Below are positions 14,659 to 29,854 of a stretch of DNA of 64,000 nt, piece after piece. Every line of letters begins with the position of its first letter. Position 1 is the stretch's first letter. A program made the translations under genes and the position numbers. The stretch comes from the human T2T-CHM13v2.0 reference genome, Homo sapiens, in NCBI RefSeq assembly GCF_009914755.1, contig NC_060944.1. One strand, written 5' to 3'. Under the pieces are notes generated by a model. That model was not told the origin of the DNA. It searched no databases and saw only the letters and a program-made list of their open reading frames with translations.

Positions 14659-16549
14659 GGAATAAATGATTATAGGGCAAGATACCAGTTGGAAGGAACA
14701 GAAATCTCAACTCAGAGTGGCTTAAACAGTAAGAAGATTGCTATTTCTTAGAAGTTGCTGGAGAATAGCATCAGGGTGATTAATTCAGTGATTCCACAAG
14801 GTCATCAAGGATCACATTCCACCCTTTTTCAGCTGCTCAGACCTCCACAAATCTTAAGATTAACTCCTTTATGGCTCTCAAATGGCTCCCTAGTTCCATG
14901 TGTTGTTTGCACTTGGGTATCTGTCCAACAGAAAGAAATAAAGCTATTTACTCTGAGGTTATTTCCTTTTGTCAGTAAGACACTGACAAAAGACTCCACC
15001 CAGACTTCTCTCCCACTTTATTAACCAAGATTACACAGATCACACATTTTATCGACTAACATTAAGAAAACCACTGACTAGGAGATTCCCCTCCTTTCTA
15101 CCCTTTTGGGCTGGAGAGACTGTCGCCTGCCCTGTCTGCGTGATTGCACAGTAAGGTAATACACAGAGGAGGGTAAATACAGGAAGGGATTAGATTAGGA
15201 ACCAATGTGGTCTGTCTGGAACCCAGCATCCAGGAACTCTTGGGACCCAAACCAGGTTTGCTGCAGAATTTGGAGACATGTCCAGTAAAGGTTGTTGAAA
15301 ATTAAGAATGATGGTATGGATGATGAGGGTGAGATGCTCCTTAAATTACTGTAAGAGATCAAGGCTGTCACCTAGACTCTCATCAATAAAGTGTTGACTT
15401 CATAATAGAAGATGAATCACATTCTTGGAGACTGTAAGGAGTCCATGAGTAGGGGCTGTTTGTGGCCAAGAATAATGCAAATTAAAAATGAGAGTAGAAA
15501 TTCTTCCAGGCTTCCCCTGTATGAAAGAGAGAGGGGTGCTTACTTTATCTCACTACAATTTTGTTCATGGAAAGAGACCTTTTTGTGGCAGAGTAACTCT
15601 GCTAGATTCTGCCACATGCAGAATAGATGATCACACAAGGCCTCCTGTGTTCCTTTGCACTGGTGTTCTGCCTCTCTGCAATGACTGAAAGCAACACTTT
15701 ACTGATTACTTTGGCTTTCTAACTACCTTTGTCCTAGGAAAGAGGTGTCTTGGATGAAGAATTTGAGTACTTTGAATACTGAAAAGACATTTCCTCTGCT
15801 GCAGATTTATAACCTGGCATCATTCTAATGTACAGATTAGTCTTCGACGGGGTGGGTCTGTGTATTAGTCCCTCTGATCAGAACTGGAAAATGAACAATT
15901 TTAATACTGGATGTGCGACGACGAGGCCCAGACCACAAGCGCATGTTGTCCATGCCAAGGGATGACTTTGGAGGCCCTGTCTGGGCTATCAGCTGGCCAA
16001 CCCAGGAACCCAGCTATCTCCCCTCCCTTCACCTACTGTCTAGTTATCACTGCATCTCAAGTCAGGGCTCTGTGAGCTGACACATATCAAACCCGATGAG
16101 CTGCTCATGGGGAGGTTTCCTGATTCCCTCCTGCCAGCTCCCCTGTAGTCCTTCAGCCAGCTTCAGACTCTCAATTCCCCAGCCTTCCCCTTGGGCTGTG
16201 CAGACTTGGAGATTGATGAATGCACTGGGCCACAGGAAGCTGCACAGAGTTCTGGCCTCCTGGAGGACATCAATTTGGCTCCCCCTTTTCCCTTTAGTGG
16301 TAATTGAATGTCAGGATAACAGATGAAGGGTGGGGAGAATAAACCACATTCTCACTTTCCACAAGTGGGGGGAAAGGCTTTGTGGAGAAAGGAAGGGTTA
16401 AAATGTTAAGACCTCAAGACTTAAATTTCAGTTAAGTTTGGTGTTTGTTGTTGTTATTAGTTTGGAGAGAATTTGGCAAGAAAATGCAAGTACATCCTAA
16501 TTTCTCAACTATATGGTGACTAAAAAATTTCTTTATAAAACTGGATATT

Positions 16550-17261
<712 letters not shown>

Positions 17262-18074
17262 TTAGACATTTATTTACTATTATGATTCTAAGCAAGTCAA
17301 CTGAACATGTCGGTAAATACTGAAATACTTCTACTGACATTACTATATGAAACTTTGTTTTTTGTTCTTTTGTTGTTTGCTACATAAAACTTTGATAAAC
17401 TTTGTTTAACTTTATCTGGCCATCCTCCATCTCCCTCCAGGTGAAGCTTCTGTTTTTTAGGAAACCACTCCCCCAACTCTTGGTCAAATTTCATGTGAAG
17501 ATGACCCCAACCACCCCTGGATGTAGCAGTGGTCAGATGATCCAGTATTGGAAAATCCACATATTCAATAGATCCCCAAAGAAATTGGTCCAGCAATGGG
17601 GACAGGACCCAAGCAAACCTAATGACTTTATTCTGTGATGCCTCTTTGACCACTTGGAAAAGAGAAGTCCTCTTTCCTAGGGTATTGCTAGCCATAGGAA
17701 GGGTATAAGCCTGAAGATACAGTGGCCAATCCGATAATTATGTCACTATAAAGGAAAGCAGTAATGGGCCATGTGGAAAGAGGATGAGGACCCATGAAGA
17801 TGTTGTTTGAACTGAATCTAGCCATGCCTATTATGTGAGTTAATAAATTCCTTTTTGTTTAACTCTATTTAAGTTGGAGAACTTATACATGAAAGAATTC
17901 TAATGCCATCAACAAGTTATGTCAGCTTTAGCTTCAGATTTTATCCCAATCAAATCCGTTACTCATCCGCTCTGCTGTTTCCATCCAAATCCAAGCCAGT
18001 ATAATGTGTCCACATGTTGTAGTTTCCAAAGAGTAGCTTGTAGCCTTTTTTTTTTGCTAGATTTTTTTAATTTT

Positions 18075-18570
18075 TTTTCTTTTTAAAATTCTCAATTAAA
18101 AATAATGTATAATTTACAAAAAATTTGAAAAATCAGTACAAAGGTTTCCTGCTTACCCTTTACCCAGCTTCTCCAAATATTAACCTCCTAATCCATCGCA
18201 GATGATGTGTTAATTCCATGAAGTTAATACTGATACAATACTGTTAATTAACCTACAGGCTTTAATCAAGCGTCACCAACTGTTGCACTAACATTCTGTT
18301 CCTGGACAAGGTTCCAATCCAGGATCACAAGTTAATATAGTTGTCTTGTCTCCTTGAGCCTAACTTAATCTGGGACCATTCCTCAGTCTTCATGATTTTG
18401 TGGCTCTGAGAGTTTTGAAGAGGCTATGTCAGTTATTTTACAAAATTTCCCTCAATTTAGGTTTGTCTGATGTTTCTTCAAGATTAAGTTCAGGTCATAT
18501 ATTGTTGGCAAGAAAGGCACAGAGGTGACATTGTGTCCTTCTCGGCACATTATATCAGGAGGTACATGGT
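18075..18570 (-). mobile_element. Old L1 (L1MC-like) 3' UTR fragment
   Basis: TCCAATCCAGGATCAC...TTTAGGTTTGTCTGATGTTTC motifs. Confidence 0.7.
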
Positions 18571-18577
18571 GTTGCAG

Positions 18578-18785
18578 AGCAGGGGTCAGCATATTTTTCT
18601 GTAAAAGACCAGATAGTAACTATTTCAGAGTTGGGACAACACATGCCATCTCTGTGGCATATTTTTCTTTGTGTTTGTCCCGGTGCATTTATAACGTTTT
18701 AAAAGTGTAAAATGTATTCTTAGTTCCTGGTACACAGAAGTGGACTGAAGGCTGGATTTGGCCCATAGGCCAAAGGACCCCAGCT
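18578..18785. mobile_element. MER58-type hAT element
   Basis: CAGGGGTCAGCA...TTTTCTGTAAAAGACCAGATAGTAA ... GGCTGGATTTGGCCCATAGGCC. Confidence 0.75.
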
Positions 18786-18889
18786 GTAGAGGAAACCTTG
18801 GAAAACATAAGCTGTAAGGGCATGCCTCTGCTTCAACTCCTCTTCCCCCACATTTGTTTTTTTACTTCATTTAGTAAAAGCTTGAGTCC

Positions 18890-19356
18890 TGTATTAGTTC
18901 TCTGCAGAAACAGAACCATGGAATGAAAAGCATGTGCGTGTGTGTGTGTGTGTGTGTCTGTGTGTACAGAGAGAGAGAGACAAAGAAAGAGTGAGAGAGA
19001 TCTACTTTGAGGAATTGGCTCACTTGATTATGGAGGCTGGCAAGTCTAAAATCTGTAAGGTGGGCTATTAGGCTGGAAACCCAGGGAAGAACTGATGTTG
19101 CAGTTGAAGTCAAAGGTTGTCTGCTGGCTGAATTTCCTCTTGCTCTGGTGAGATCAATATTTTGTTCTTTTCAGACTTTCAATGGATTCAATGAAGTCCA
19201 TCCACAATATGGAGGCTAATCTGCTTTTCTCCAAGTCCACCATTTAAATGTCAAGCTCACTCAGAAATACCCTCACAGAAACATTGAGCATAATGTTTGA
19301 TGGAATATCTGTGTGCTGTCGCTCAGCCAAGCTGACAAATAAATGTAACTATCATC
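18890..19356 (-). mobile_element. MLT2 (ERVL) LTR with (TG)n/(AG)n tract
   Basis: TGTATTAG-TTCTCTGCAGAAACAGAACC...GAGGAATTGGCTCAC-TTGATTATGGAGGCTGGCAAGTC. Confidence 0.88.
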
Positions 19357-19458
19357 AGTTCTTACCAAAGCTTGTAGGGCCCTTCGTGATCCAGTCCCAG
19401 TAACTTCTCCAACCTTCCTTTCACACTCTCCTACTTGATAACTGTGCTAGGTCTAGAC

Positions 19459-19645
19459 CAGTACTTCTCAGACTCTCCTGTGCCTCAGGCTCACCTGCAG
19501 GGCTTTTGAAAACAGATTTCTGGACCCTATACCCAGAGTTTCTGATTCAGTAGGTCTAGGGTGGCGCCTAAGAATTTGCACTTCCAAAAATTTCTCAAGT
19601 GATGCTGATGCTGCTATCCTATGGTTCACACTTTGAGAATCACTG
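19459..19645. mobile_element. MER5A hAT MITE
   Basis: CAGTACTTCTCA...CCCAGAGTTTCTGATTCAGTAGGTCTAGGG...CACACTTTGAGAATCACTG terminal inverted repeats. Confidence 0.88.
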
Positions 19646-19829
19646 TTGTAGATATGTTCTTCTTCTTTCTCAACAAACAAAAACAAACAAAGCACTCTTT
19701 CAGCCCAGAGCCTTTGTCTGGATGTTCCTTCTGCCATGAAGAATCTTTCCCTAGATAGTTGCAGAAAGTTCGATATTGGTAAATGGTTAATGACTGACTC
19801 TAAACAAACAAACAAACAAACAAAAGCCT

Positions 19830-19975
19830 CTTTCACAGCATTTGCTGGTTTCTAGTGTGTAATTCCTCCTACCTGATTTTGAGATACCAATATGATGCCC
19901 CTGAATGTGGAGTTGGGAAGAGATGTTTTCCACTGGTTCTTGAGGTCCAGTGTGAGCTGGCTCAGCACACCACTG
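19830..19975 (-). mobile_element. MER63-like hAT-Blackjack fragment
   Basis: GTGGAGTTGGGAAGAGATG...GAGCTGGCTCAGCACACCACTG. Confidence 0.7.
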
Positions 19976-19984
19976 TTTGAGTGA

Positions 19985-20365
19985 CACTTTCAAGTCTCTG
20001 CTCAATGCAACCTCCCCTGAGAGGCTTCCCTGACCATCTGATAAAACAGCACAACTGTCCGCCAACCCTTCTATTTCTTTTTATTTTAGTTCATTGCATT
20101 TATTTCTACCTACTGTAGGTTTCTTCCCCTACTAAGTAGTAAACTCCAAGAAAGCAACATTTTTTTTTTTTTTGTCTAATTCCATGCTGTATTGTGACCT
20201 CAGTGCCTAGGTGGCAGTAACTATTTGGTTCAATGAATGAATGAATAAATTTGTCTATGTATTTGGTGTCAGTCTCCCATATTAACCCACTGGTAATTCC
20301 ACTAGGGTGAGGGTTTTGTCTAATTTTCTTCACCATTGCATCTTCATCCCTGACACACAACAAGT
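19985..20365. mobile_element. L2 3' fragments
   Basis: CTCCCCTGAGAGGCTTCCCTGACCA and (ATGA)n L2 tail at ~20233-20247. Confidence 0.65.
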
Positions 20366-20389
20366 AAGGAAGGCATAATTTTTGAATAT

Positions 20390-20450
20390 TTTATTTCTTA
20401 GAAATGGAGTCTAACTACACTTCCCAGGCTGAACTTGAACTCCTGGGCTC
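20390..20450 (-). mobile_element. Alu monomer fragment
   Basis: AGAAATGGAGTCT...CCCAGGCTGAACTTGAACTCCTGGGCTCA. Confidence 0.7.
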
Positions 20451-21924
20451 ATTTAATTCATCAAGTTGTGAGAATAACAAAGAAAGTGGGAAATTATGAT
20501 ACAAACGTATAAAGAGCTTTACACCTATCCAGCCTCTAAACATGTGGAAGGAAAATGTCTAGCTCTGTGATGGAGGGAGCAGAGACAAGGAAGATCTTGG
20601 GACACCTCTCCCATTTTAATAATCCTATTTGCCAGTGGGAAGAAGCAAACACTTTAAGTGGAATCTGTCTCAGGGTCTGCTGGTAGGAGAACCCAAACTG
20701 AGGCACAGGGCTATGGGGTTATGATTACTTTTCTTGGTTGCTACTCTTCAGTTTACAGTTGAAGAAGCTACAACCTTCACACAAGTTATGAGAGCACAAG
20801 ATTGACAAGGCTACCTTCCTCCAAAGAAGTGTTTGCAGCAGCTATTTGGAGGGAGCTCCAATCCAAGAAGCCAGAACTTAGCAAAACATTCTAAGGATCA
20901 AGAGCAAATACCCTGTTACAGAAGTAACCCTTTTATAAGTTGGCTTGTCAGACCATGTCCCTGAAAAGGCAAAACTATTCAGGGAACCTGGTGAGTGTCA
21001 GCCCGAGAAATATGGGCAGCTCATCTACATATCTTTTAGTGACCTTCTGGAATGACAGCCAAGCCACCAACGCTTCCCTGTTTGCAAATGATAGAGATCT
21101 CATTTCTGGGGACGACAGGATTGATGTGGCAGCCGCAGTGCCATTAGACCTGGAAGATGCTCTTTTCTCATTACTGTCTCCTGGCAACATAGCACCAGAT
21201 GCCGCCGTGAATATTAATGATCCTCATTCATGTAACCTTTAGTGCCTTCCTTCAAATCACCCAGGCTGCAGCCGGGGACTGCTGCTATCTGTTTCTGCTG
21301 TTTCCATCTCAACAAATCTCTTCTTCTCCTCCTGTTTGAGAAAAGAATTATTAATGAGATTTTTATCTAAGGAGAGGGTTTCTGCCTCTTGATGGAGATG
21401 CTCACTTTCCAAGCCATACCCATATTTGCTAACAAAGATAACGGCATCCCCATTCTGCTGGAGCTTGTGACGAATCACTTTCATTGACTTTATCTGCTGG
21501 ATGGAATATGTAATTTGTCTAATATCTTTGCATCTTCAAATGCAGGGCTTAAAACTAAACATGGAATTGGGCAAAAGCGGAAATTAAATATGACCAGACT
21601 CTCAGTGGGGTTCATGCTCTTTATCAGCTTTCACCAACTGCAGGGCTGGCATCATGCATGTAACGATGGGTCACCCCAGACTCTGTCTAACTCGAGTTCC
21701 TTGGCTTCTCACACAAAGGCCTACCCTTGGAAAGGCAAGGAATATCAAATTGCTTCCACCCGGGCTGCCTAACTCCTTTAGCCCTTTGCTTTGTTTCTTT
21801 GGATCTCTGAGATATTGGCCAGAGGTTCTTCCTGAGGGTAATTTAAGGCACTTCAGATAGTAGAATATCCCCACTTTTCCCTCTGTTTCTTCCCTTCCTC
21901 TGGTATTTTGTGATAGGTATAATT

Positions 21925-22145
21925 AGTGGTTTCAGAATACAAACTTTAGAGGGAGCCAGGTGCATGCATGAATCCTGGCTCTGGGATCCTGAGCCTGTTC
22001 CTCAAACTCACTGAACCTCGGTTTCATATCTGTAAAGTGCGAATAAAGGCACCTAATGCACCCGGTTTTTCAACACATTAAGTGATATAACATATGTGAA
22101 ATGCTTAGTCCAGTGTCTGGTATATAGTTAGGACTTTAAAAATGG
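21925..22145. mobile_element. MIR
   Basis: CTGAACCTCGGTTTCATATCTGTAAAGTG...TGTGAAATGCTTAG. Confidence 0.7.
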
Positions 22146-22224
22146 TTGCCTGGTGTGGTAGATTGTTTTATCAATGGCCCTTGATGAAACAGTCTTCCTG
22201 GTATGGGGCATGACTCACCTTGAC

Positions 22225-22433
<209 letters not shown>

Positions 22434-22750
22434 CTCATCTTGATCAGATCCTTAAGATAGTTGCTAAAGAAGATGTGCATGGTGCAAAGCATATTTATAC
22501 ACTGTTCTTAGGGGAACAGTGTTCTACTCAGATGGAACCCTATGTTGGCCTCTTGATACTTGTTAGCTTTTCTAATGTGCATTCAAGAAATCATTGAGCT
22601 GAGGAAATGAGTTTACGAACCAATCCAGCTCTTCTTTCCTGCCTTAGATGGAGATTTGTGGGTGTTCTAGGTCATCAGAGGGATAAAAGCTTCTGGAATC
22701 TCCTGTTCCTGAGAGCTTAGATAGAGGGCAATCTTGTTGATGCCTTCTTA

Positions 22751-23224
<474 letters not shown>

Positions 23225-23305
23225 TCACATTCATCCAGTTAACTCCTCACTGTGAGACAGGACATTTATATTGTTGGGCGGCCAACATGGAGGCATTGCT
23301 CTAGG

Positions 23306-23930
<625 letters not shown>

Positions 23931-24179
23931 GATTCAGAGACCCAGCTTGGTGGATTGCATAGTGGGGACAATAATCCTAATTGCATAGCATGCTGTGCTC
24001 ATTAAATGAGATCATGTGTGAAAGTTCTGTGTTATCCTTGTAGAACCACACAGGGTGTTTTAAAAGTCTTTGTGCAGTTTCAAGCTTTAATAACTTTAGA
24101 AGTTGCAAACTTACAAAAACCAGGTTTTGAAAGTTTGATTGTTTAAATTTGTTTGACACATATTTACTGTAACAAATTT

Positions 24180-24323
24180 TCTTTTATTATTCATTTATTT
24201 ATTTTGTGGAGACAGGGTCTCACTATGTTGCCCATTCTGGTCTCAAACTCCTGGCCTCAAGCAATCCTTCTGCCTCAGCCTCTCAAAGTCCTGGGATTAC
24301 AAGTGTGAGCCACAGTGCCCTGT
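24180..24323 (-). mobile_element. Alu left monomer
   Basis: Single arm antisense. Confidence 0.88.
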
Positions 24324-24335
24324 CATGAATTTTAA

Positions 24336-24645
<310 letters not shown>

Positions 24646-25534
24646 AAATTAATTTTTAAAATGTGCAACAGTTTCTGGGTGATGCTTTCCAGACTGTGGA
24701 TTGGTAGCAGGTTCTGTTGCTCTTAGACTGTTTTTGGTGGGGACAGTGACATCAAAACTGTGATGTATGTATGGAAGCCTCAATTTTTGGATGATCACTA
24801 GCAGCAGCTGCTGAAAGTTTACGACATTTGATAATTGATGAGAGTGATACATAGCATAAGATGATGGTAATGTTGAATTTAATAAAAACATTACTATTTC
24901 AACATTTTCATAATTAACCTTTCTGGTGCTCTTTGTTGTAAGTTTGTAGATTTATACTTCTGAAATAATAAAAGCTTAAACTTGTGCCAGCCTTTCAGGC
25001 ATCCTGTATTTATGTTACTCACCATCGAGGTGGTAAGAATTGCTTTTCCCCAATCACTCCTAGCCTGTCTCCACAAAATTATCCCCAAAAGAGCTATGCT
25101 GCAGAGATTGTTATGCCAGCTCTGACGGTCAAGCAGTCTGTGATGGTGGACAGCCCTTAAGTGACCTGGAAAATTCCTCATCCTAATTTGTCTTTAGGAA
25201 GTAGGACTTTCTATCCACCTCAGAGAGGTGGCAGACATTTTTCCTGCTCTGTGGGACAAAGAAACTGCTTTGCATTTTTCTGGAAGCACTGAAGGGAAGA
25301 ACTCTGCAACTATGCACAGTGTTCCTGTTCCTGGACATTTATATAAACCGCCATGTCTTGGTGAAGCATAGTAGTAAAATTGATAATAATGAAAAACCTA
25401 CAAGGAATGTGTAAATAACTTGGTTTCAAAATCAGTAGACTCCATGAATTTGAAGGCCGTGACTAAGATTCACATTCGTCTATTCAGCTAACTTTGTGCT
25501 TATTAAGAAAAAGCGTCCCTTCTTCTGAAACAAA

Positions 25535-25653
25535 TAGCCCTGCCCCAGTATACATGGATTAGTAAGTGGAATGTGACTGGATTTCAGCCTCAACTGAACT
25601 ATTTGATTGGGTGTATTTGTAGACAATCTGTACAACTGTACATGGTGGCCCTA
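25535..25653. mobile_element. MER91-like hAT-Tip100 fragment
   Basis: End ACAATCTGTACAACTGTACATGGTGGCCCT. Confidence 0.55.
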
Positions 25654-25837
25654 GCTACTACCTCTTGAGACAGAAATAGTACAATGAATAGGGCAGAAAT
25701 CTAGCTGGCTCATGAACCAGTTTGGATAGACCAGGTTTCATTGGTTGGGCTATGGTCCATTCCCTTGCCTTTAAAAATTAAACAAGTAAAATACTCAGCT
25801 TTTGAAGACAGGAAAAGTGAAAAACACAAAATGTCCT

Positions 25838-26136
25838 AATTTTATTTATTTATTTAGAGACAGGGTCTCGCTCTATTCCCAGGCTGGAATACAGTGGCTG
25901 ATCTCAGCTCACTGCAGCCTCTAACCCTTGGGTTCAAATGATTCTCCTGCCTCAGCCTCCTGAGTAGTTGGGATTGCAGGCACCCACCACCACGCCCAGC
26001 TAATTTTTTGTATTTTTAGTAGAGATAGGGTTTCACCATATTGGCCAAGCTGGTCTCAAACTCCTGACCTCAGGTGACCTGCCCTCCTTGGCCTCCCAAA
26101 GTGTTGGGATTACAGGTGTGAGCCACTGCCCCTGGC
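25838..26136 (-). mobile_element. Alu (S family)
   Basis: Full antisense dimer. Confidence 0.95.
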
Positions 26137-27011
26137 CCTTAATGTTATTTGGAAGCAGTGAAACTCAACTTCTGACCTCTGCCACTAGTCTAAAGACATT
26201 CCATTTCATTAATATTTTCTGTCCTTTCCCCAGAGCAATTGACTATATCACATGTCACGAGACCAAATTACATTTATTTCCCATAATTTAAAACTGGAAT
26301 TTGAGCCAAGAGAACCCAGAAAGGAAAAAATGATTTCTTAACACTGTCTAAATGGATTGCACTGTTCCCAAGTGAGGCCACAGCCCTTCAGACCAGAAGA
26401 GTACACACATGTACCCAATGAATGAAGAAATAACACTGAAATTATGTCGAGTTCATTTTCTCTGGCTTTGATTGGAGATTAAACAATTCCCAAAGAATGG
26501 TAAAAACAAGAGAAAATATACATTCCCCATGTGTTTGAGCAGATGGCATACGAAAACTCAATGAAGTGATGATAAAAATACATACCCATAGTATTGACAG
26601 TTATTGGTGTAAAGAGAATTTGGAAAAATCTAATTGGCTTTGATGATGAAGACACTATTTTTTGGCTTCATTAGTCTAACTGAAAATGGAAAGAGAATTT
26701 GTTCCCAGTTTCAGAAAGAATTTCAGAACTATCCAGACACTTCCTATAATTGCACCATTACTTTTAGTGAGGATGACAGATCAGGAAATCTTCATTTTCT
26801 AGTGCCTTTCCTTTTTCTCTGTCACCTATGCATGCAAACACATATATTTCAGTCTGTCACAATTTAATGGAACAGTTAGTTTCCTTTCAACTTAATTCTC
26901 TCCCTCACAGCCTGTGGTCATAATCTGGACTCATTCAGAGAAATGAGTGGAGACAAAGCTAACTTTTCATCTAACCTTGCCCACAAGATTTCAGAAAAGC
27001 TCCTGTTTCAG

Positions 27012-27615
27012 GGGCTGTGTGGAGCAGACACCATTGGTATATCCTGCCTATATCCCGTCACACTTACCATTCCAATGCCAGCTGAGGGTATCCTCCTACA
27101 ACATCGCTACTCCACCTGATGGCTTTCTCTCAGCCTATGACTGAACCAAGTCAGAAATACCAAAGAGTAAATGCCATCAGGAGCATCACTCAGTCAGTGA
27201 TGGATAACAGCTGGAGGATACATACCTCAGCTTCCTCCCCCTTGAGTGGGACAACTTTGAAGTGTGCTCTAGACTGTTTCCTCTCCTGGAAGAGAAAGGT
27301 TGCTAGATAAAGGGTGTCCAGTGAAATGTGAATTTCAGACAAACAACGAATAATTTTTTAGTTAAATATATACTAAATATGCATGGGTCATTCTCATACT
27401 AAAAAAAAATGCATTGTTAATTAAAAAATTCAAGTTTAATGGGGCATCCTGGATTTTTGTTTGCAAAATGTGGCAACCTCACCTCAAAGGGATTGAGTCT
27501 CAGTTGCCCACATGGTGACCTGCTGATATTGTAGCCTGTTCTAGCATCCTTCGCTGCACCATTTCACTTCTCTCCTGTGGAGGCTTCCTGGGCTTCCTTC
27601 CTACCTGAGGTCAGG
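27012..27615. mobile_element. LTR16-like ERVL LTR, split by MER53
   Basis: CCTCAGCTTCCTCCCCCTTGAGTGGGACAACTTTGAAG and GGGATTGAGTCTCAGTTGCCCAC motifs. Confidence 0.55.
27297..27479. mobile_element. MER53 palindromic hAT MITE
   Basis: AGGTTGCTAGATAAA...TGAATTTCAGACAAACAACGAATAATTTTTTAG...TGGCAACCT; near-palindromic. Confidence 0.88.
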
Positions 27616-27890
27616 TTCCCTGTAAGCTGATCTGGGAATGGGGATTCTCACACAAGTGAGATATGGAGGAAGTGCTTCAGGAGAAACCTGTAAAGAAGGT
27701 CAGGGGAAGGAACTGAGCAAGGACCTGGTTTTAGGAGAAGTCTGGCTTCTGCCTGATCCCATGGGGCACTGGGGAACATGACTGACATCACAGAGTTGTC
27801 ATACCTCAAGTTTGAAGGGACTGACATTTGCCCCATCCCCAACTCCTCACATTAGTCAGTCAGTCACTGGCTGTGGTCTACCCAGATGGG
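27610..27890. mobile_element. Old MaLR LTR (MLT1J/K-like) fragment
   Basis: TCAGGTTCCCTGTAAGCTGA...CTGCCTGATCCCATGGGG. Confidence 0.55.
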
Positions 27891-29264
27891 GTGTAAAATG
27901 GAGGGGACACAGGAAGGCACCAGCAACATCTACAACACCTCCTAAACAACTTGCCCTCAAGGTTTGTTTCTGGGCAAGCTGAAGCTAAAAGCATTGAACT
28001 GCTGGTAAAGTCCTTAATGGCACCTAATTCCACAAGGATAGTCATTCCTCTAAAGACTAAATTCCATGAATTCCCTGAGGGCTGGGACTGCAACTTATTT
28101 GCAATACTTCACACATAATAAATGGTCAACAAATATTTGGTGAATTGAATTGTACATAGAAACAAAACTGATACATCTGTAAGATAAACACTAATACAAA
28201 TCATATGTTTGTTTAGTACTTACTGCCATGTAATAAACTAGGCACTCAAGTTACTCCACTCTTTTGTGTGTGTGTGTTTGGCGGGGATTCCGTTTTTATT
28301 TTTGATTCTGGTTGTTGTTTTGGGGGTAACTCTTTTCCAAAATTCAGTGAACAAAAACCATTGCAATCATGTCTCAGAAATACCCTGGAACTAGTCCCAA
28401 GTTTTAGTGAATTAGCAAAACACAGGAACTCAAAATGTCCTGCTGAGTGTCACTGAAGCACAGATGGCAGCGGCTAAGAGTTGGAAGTTGAGGGATGATT
28501 AAAGACCTGCTTTCCTGAAATAGTTCCCCTGGTGGTCTCTCCTTTTTGTGTAGGCAGCTAACTATGTCAAGGAAATGTGTGGCACCACGGAACTGTTGGT
28601 GAGGGCCAGAAAGCCCACTTGTCGAAGTTTCCATTGCTTAGAGCTCAAGATGCTGCCTCTCCCAAAGAAGCCACCTAACCCGACTGACACTGCTTGGTGG
28701 GCACTGAATCTCCAGGGTATGGGCACCAGAAGAGGAGGAGCAACAGATGGGATATGGCAGCACAAGTGTTGACGTGCTCATCTTGGGCAGGGGCAGTGCC
28801 ACCCAGCTCTTGTGGAGGGAGTCTCAGAGGGAACGGGATGCTGGATAAACTGGTTTTCATGGAACTCAGTCAGCACTGGATCACGTCAGTCATAAAAGAG
28901 AATGGCCAGATTTCCAAGCATGGGAACCATGGCAAAAGCAGACACAACGTGCCTTTGGGTCTTTAAGTGCCCCTGTTTAAAGACAGAATTGGTCCCAGAG
29001 GCAGTTAGCCCACCATCTTGGTGACTGGAGGAATAGAGGCAGGAGCCCAGAAAATGATTTCCTTTTAAAGGGAAAGGTCTAGGATATTTGATGCTGTGCA
29101 AGGTTGGGATGGGGGCGTGTGTGCACATTCAGCCAAACCCTGGGCAGACAGATTCAGTAGGCAAGCTTCAAGTTCAGAGCATGGAGTTGGTAGTGGGAAG
29201 CGGTGAGGACTGGATAAAAATATAGAAGCTGAAGCAGGAATAAGGGAGCATTTAAGAAAAAGCT

Positions 29265-29854
29265 AATGGTCAACCACTTTGGAAAACTCTTTGAAAACAT
29301 ACATGAAAACTACGCATTTGCGTATCCTGTTTTCTGGCAATTTCACTGGTTCCTACATACCTAACAGAAATGTGTACATGTGTTCAGCAAAAGTTATGTG
29401 CATGGAGACCATAGCAGCATTATTTGGGACAGCACAAAACTGAAATAACCCAAATGTTCTTCAACAGTAGAATGGACAATTGTGGTCTGTTCACATCATA
29501 GAATACTACTCAACAGCAGAAATCTATTATTAAAGGCAAAAGCATGGATGCATCTCACAAGCAGAATATTATGTGAAAGACTCCAGGCACCCAAAAGTTT
29601 GTACTTCAGGATTCTGTTGATAATGAAGTACAAGAGCAGGCAAAGCTAACCTACATTGCTAAAAGTCAGAAGAGTGGTAATCTTGGTTTGGGAGGGATTA
29701 GTGGCTGGAAGTGGGCCCTGCAGGCTGCTGGTGAGCTGGTGATGTTCTATTTATTTATCTTGTTGCTGTTTACGTTGTTACAATCATGAGTTCTGTTTGT
29801 GAAAAGTCCCCCCAGCTATACACTTAAGATTTATTCTGTATGTATATTATTCTT
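29265..29854 (+). mobile_element. Old L1 (L1ME-like) 3' end; remainder at 32260-32290
   Basis: ACCACTTTGGAAAAC...CCCAAATGTTCTTCAACAGTAGAATGGA...CACTTAAGATTT; AATAAA after the L1PA insert. Confidence 0.75.

Noticed and set aside
20940-21484. Possible processed pseudogene or coding exon
   Set aside because: No recognisable protein similarity, no poly(A) or TSD, and no convincing splice pair. Kept only as a non-coding candidate.
24866-24910. Short alternative inverted repeats (GTAATGTT/AACATTAC, AATGTTGAA/TTCAACATT)
   Set aside because: 8-9-bp AT-rich stems are expected by chance in 64 kb.
28404-28966. Cluster of overlapping ORFs on both strands
   Set aside because: Explained by locally higher GC; no recognisable domain.
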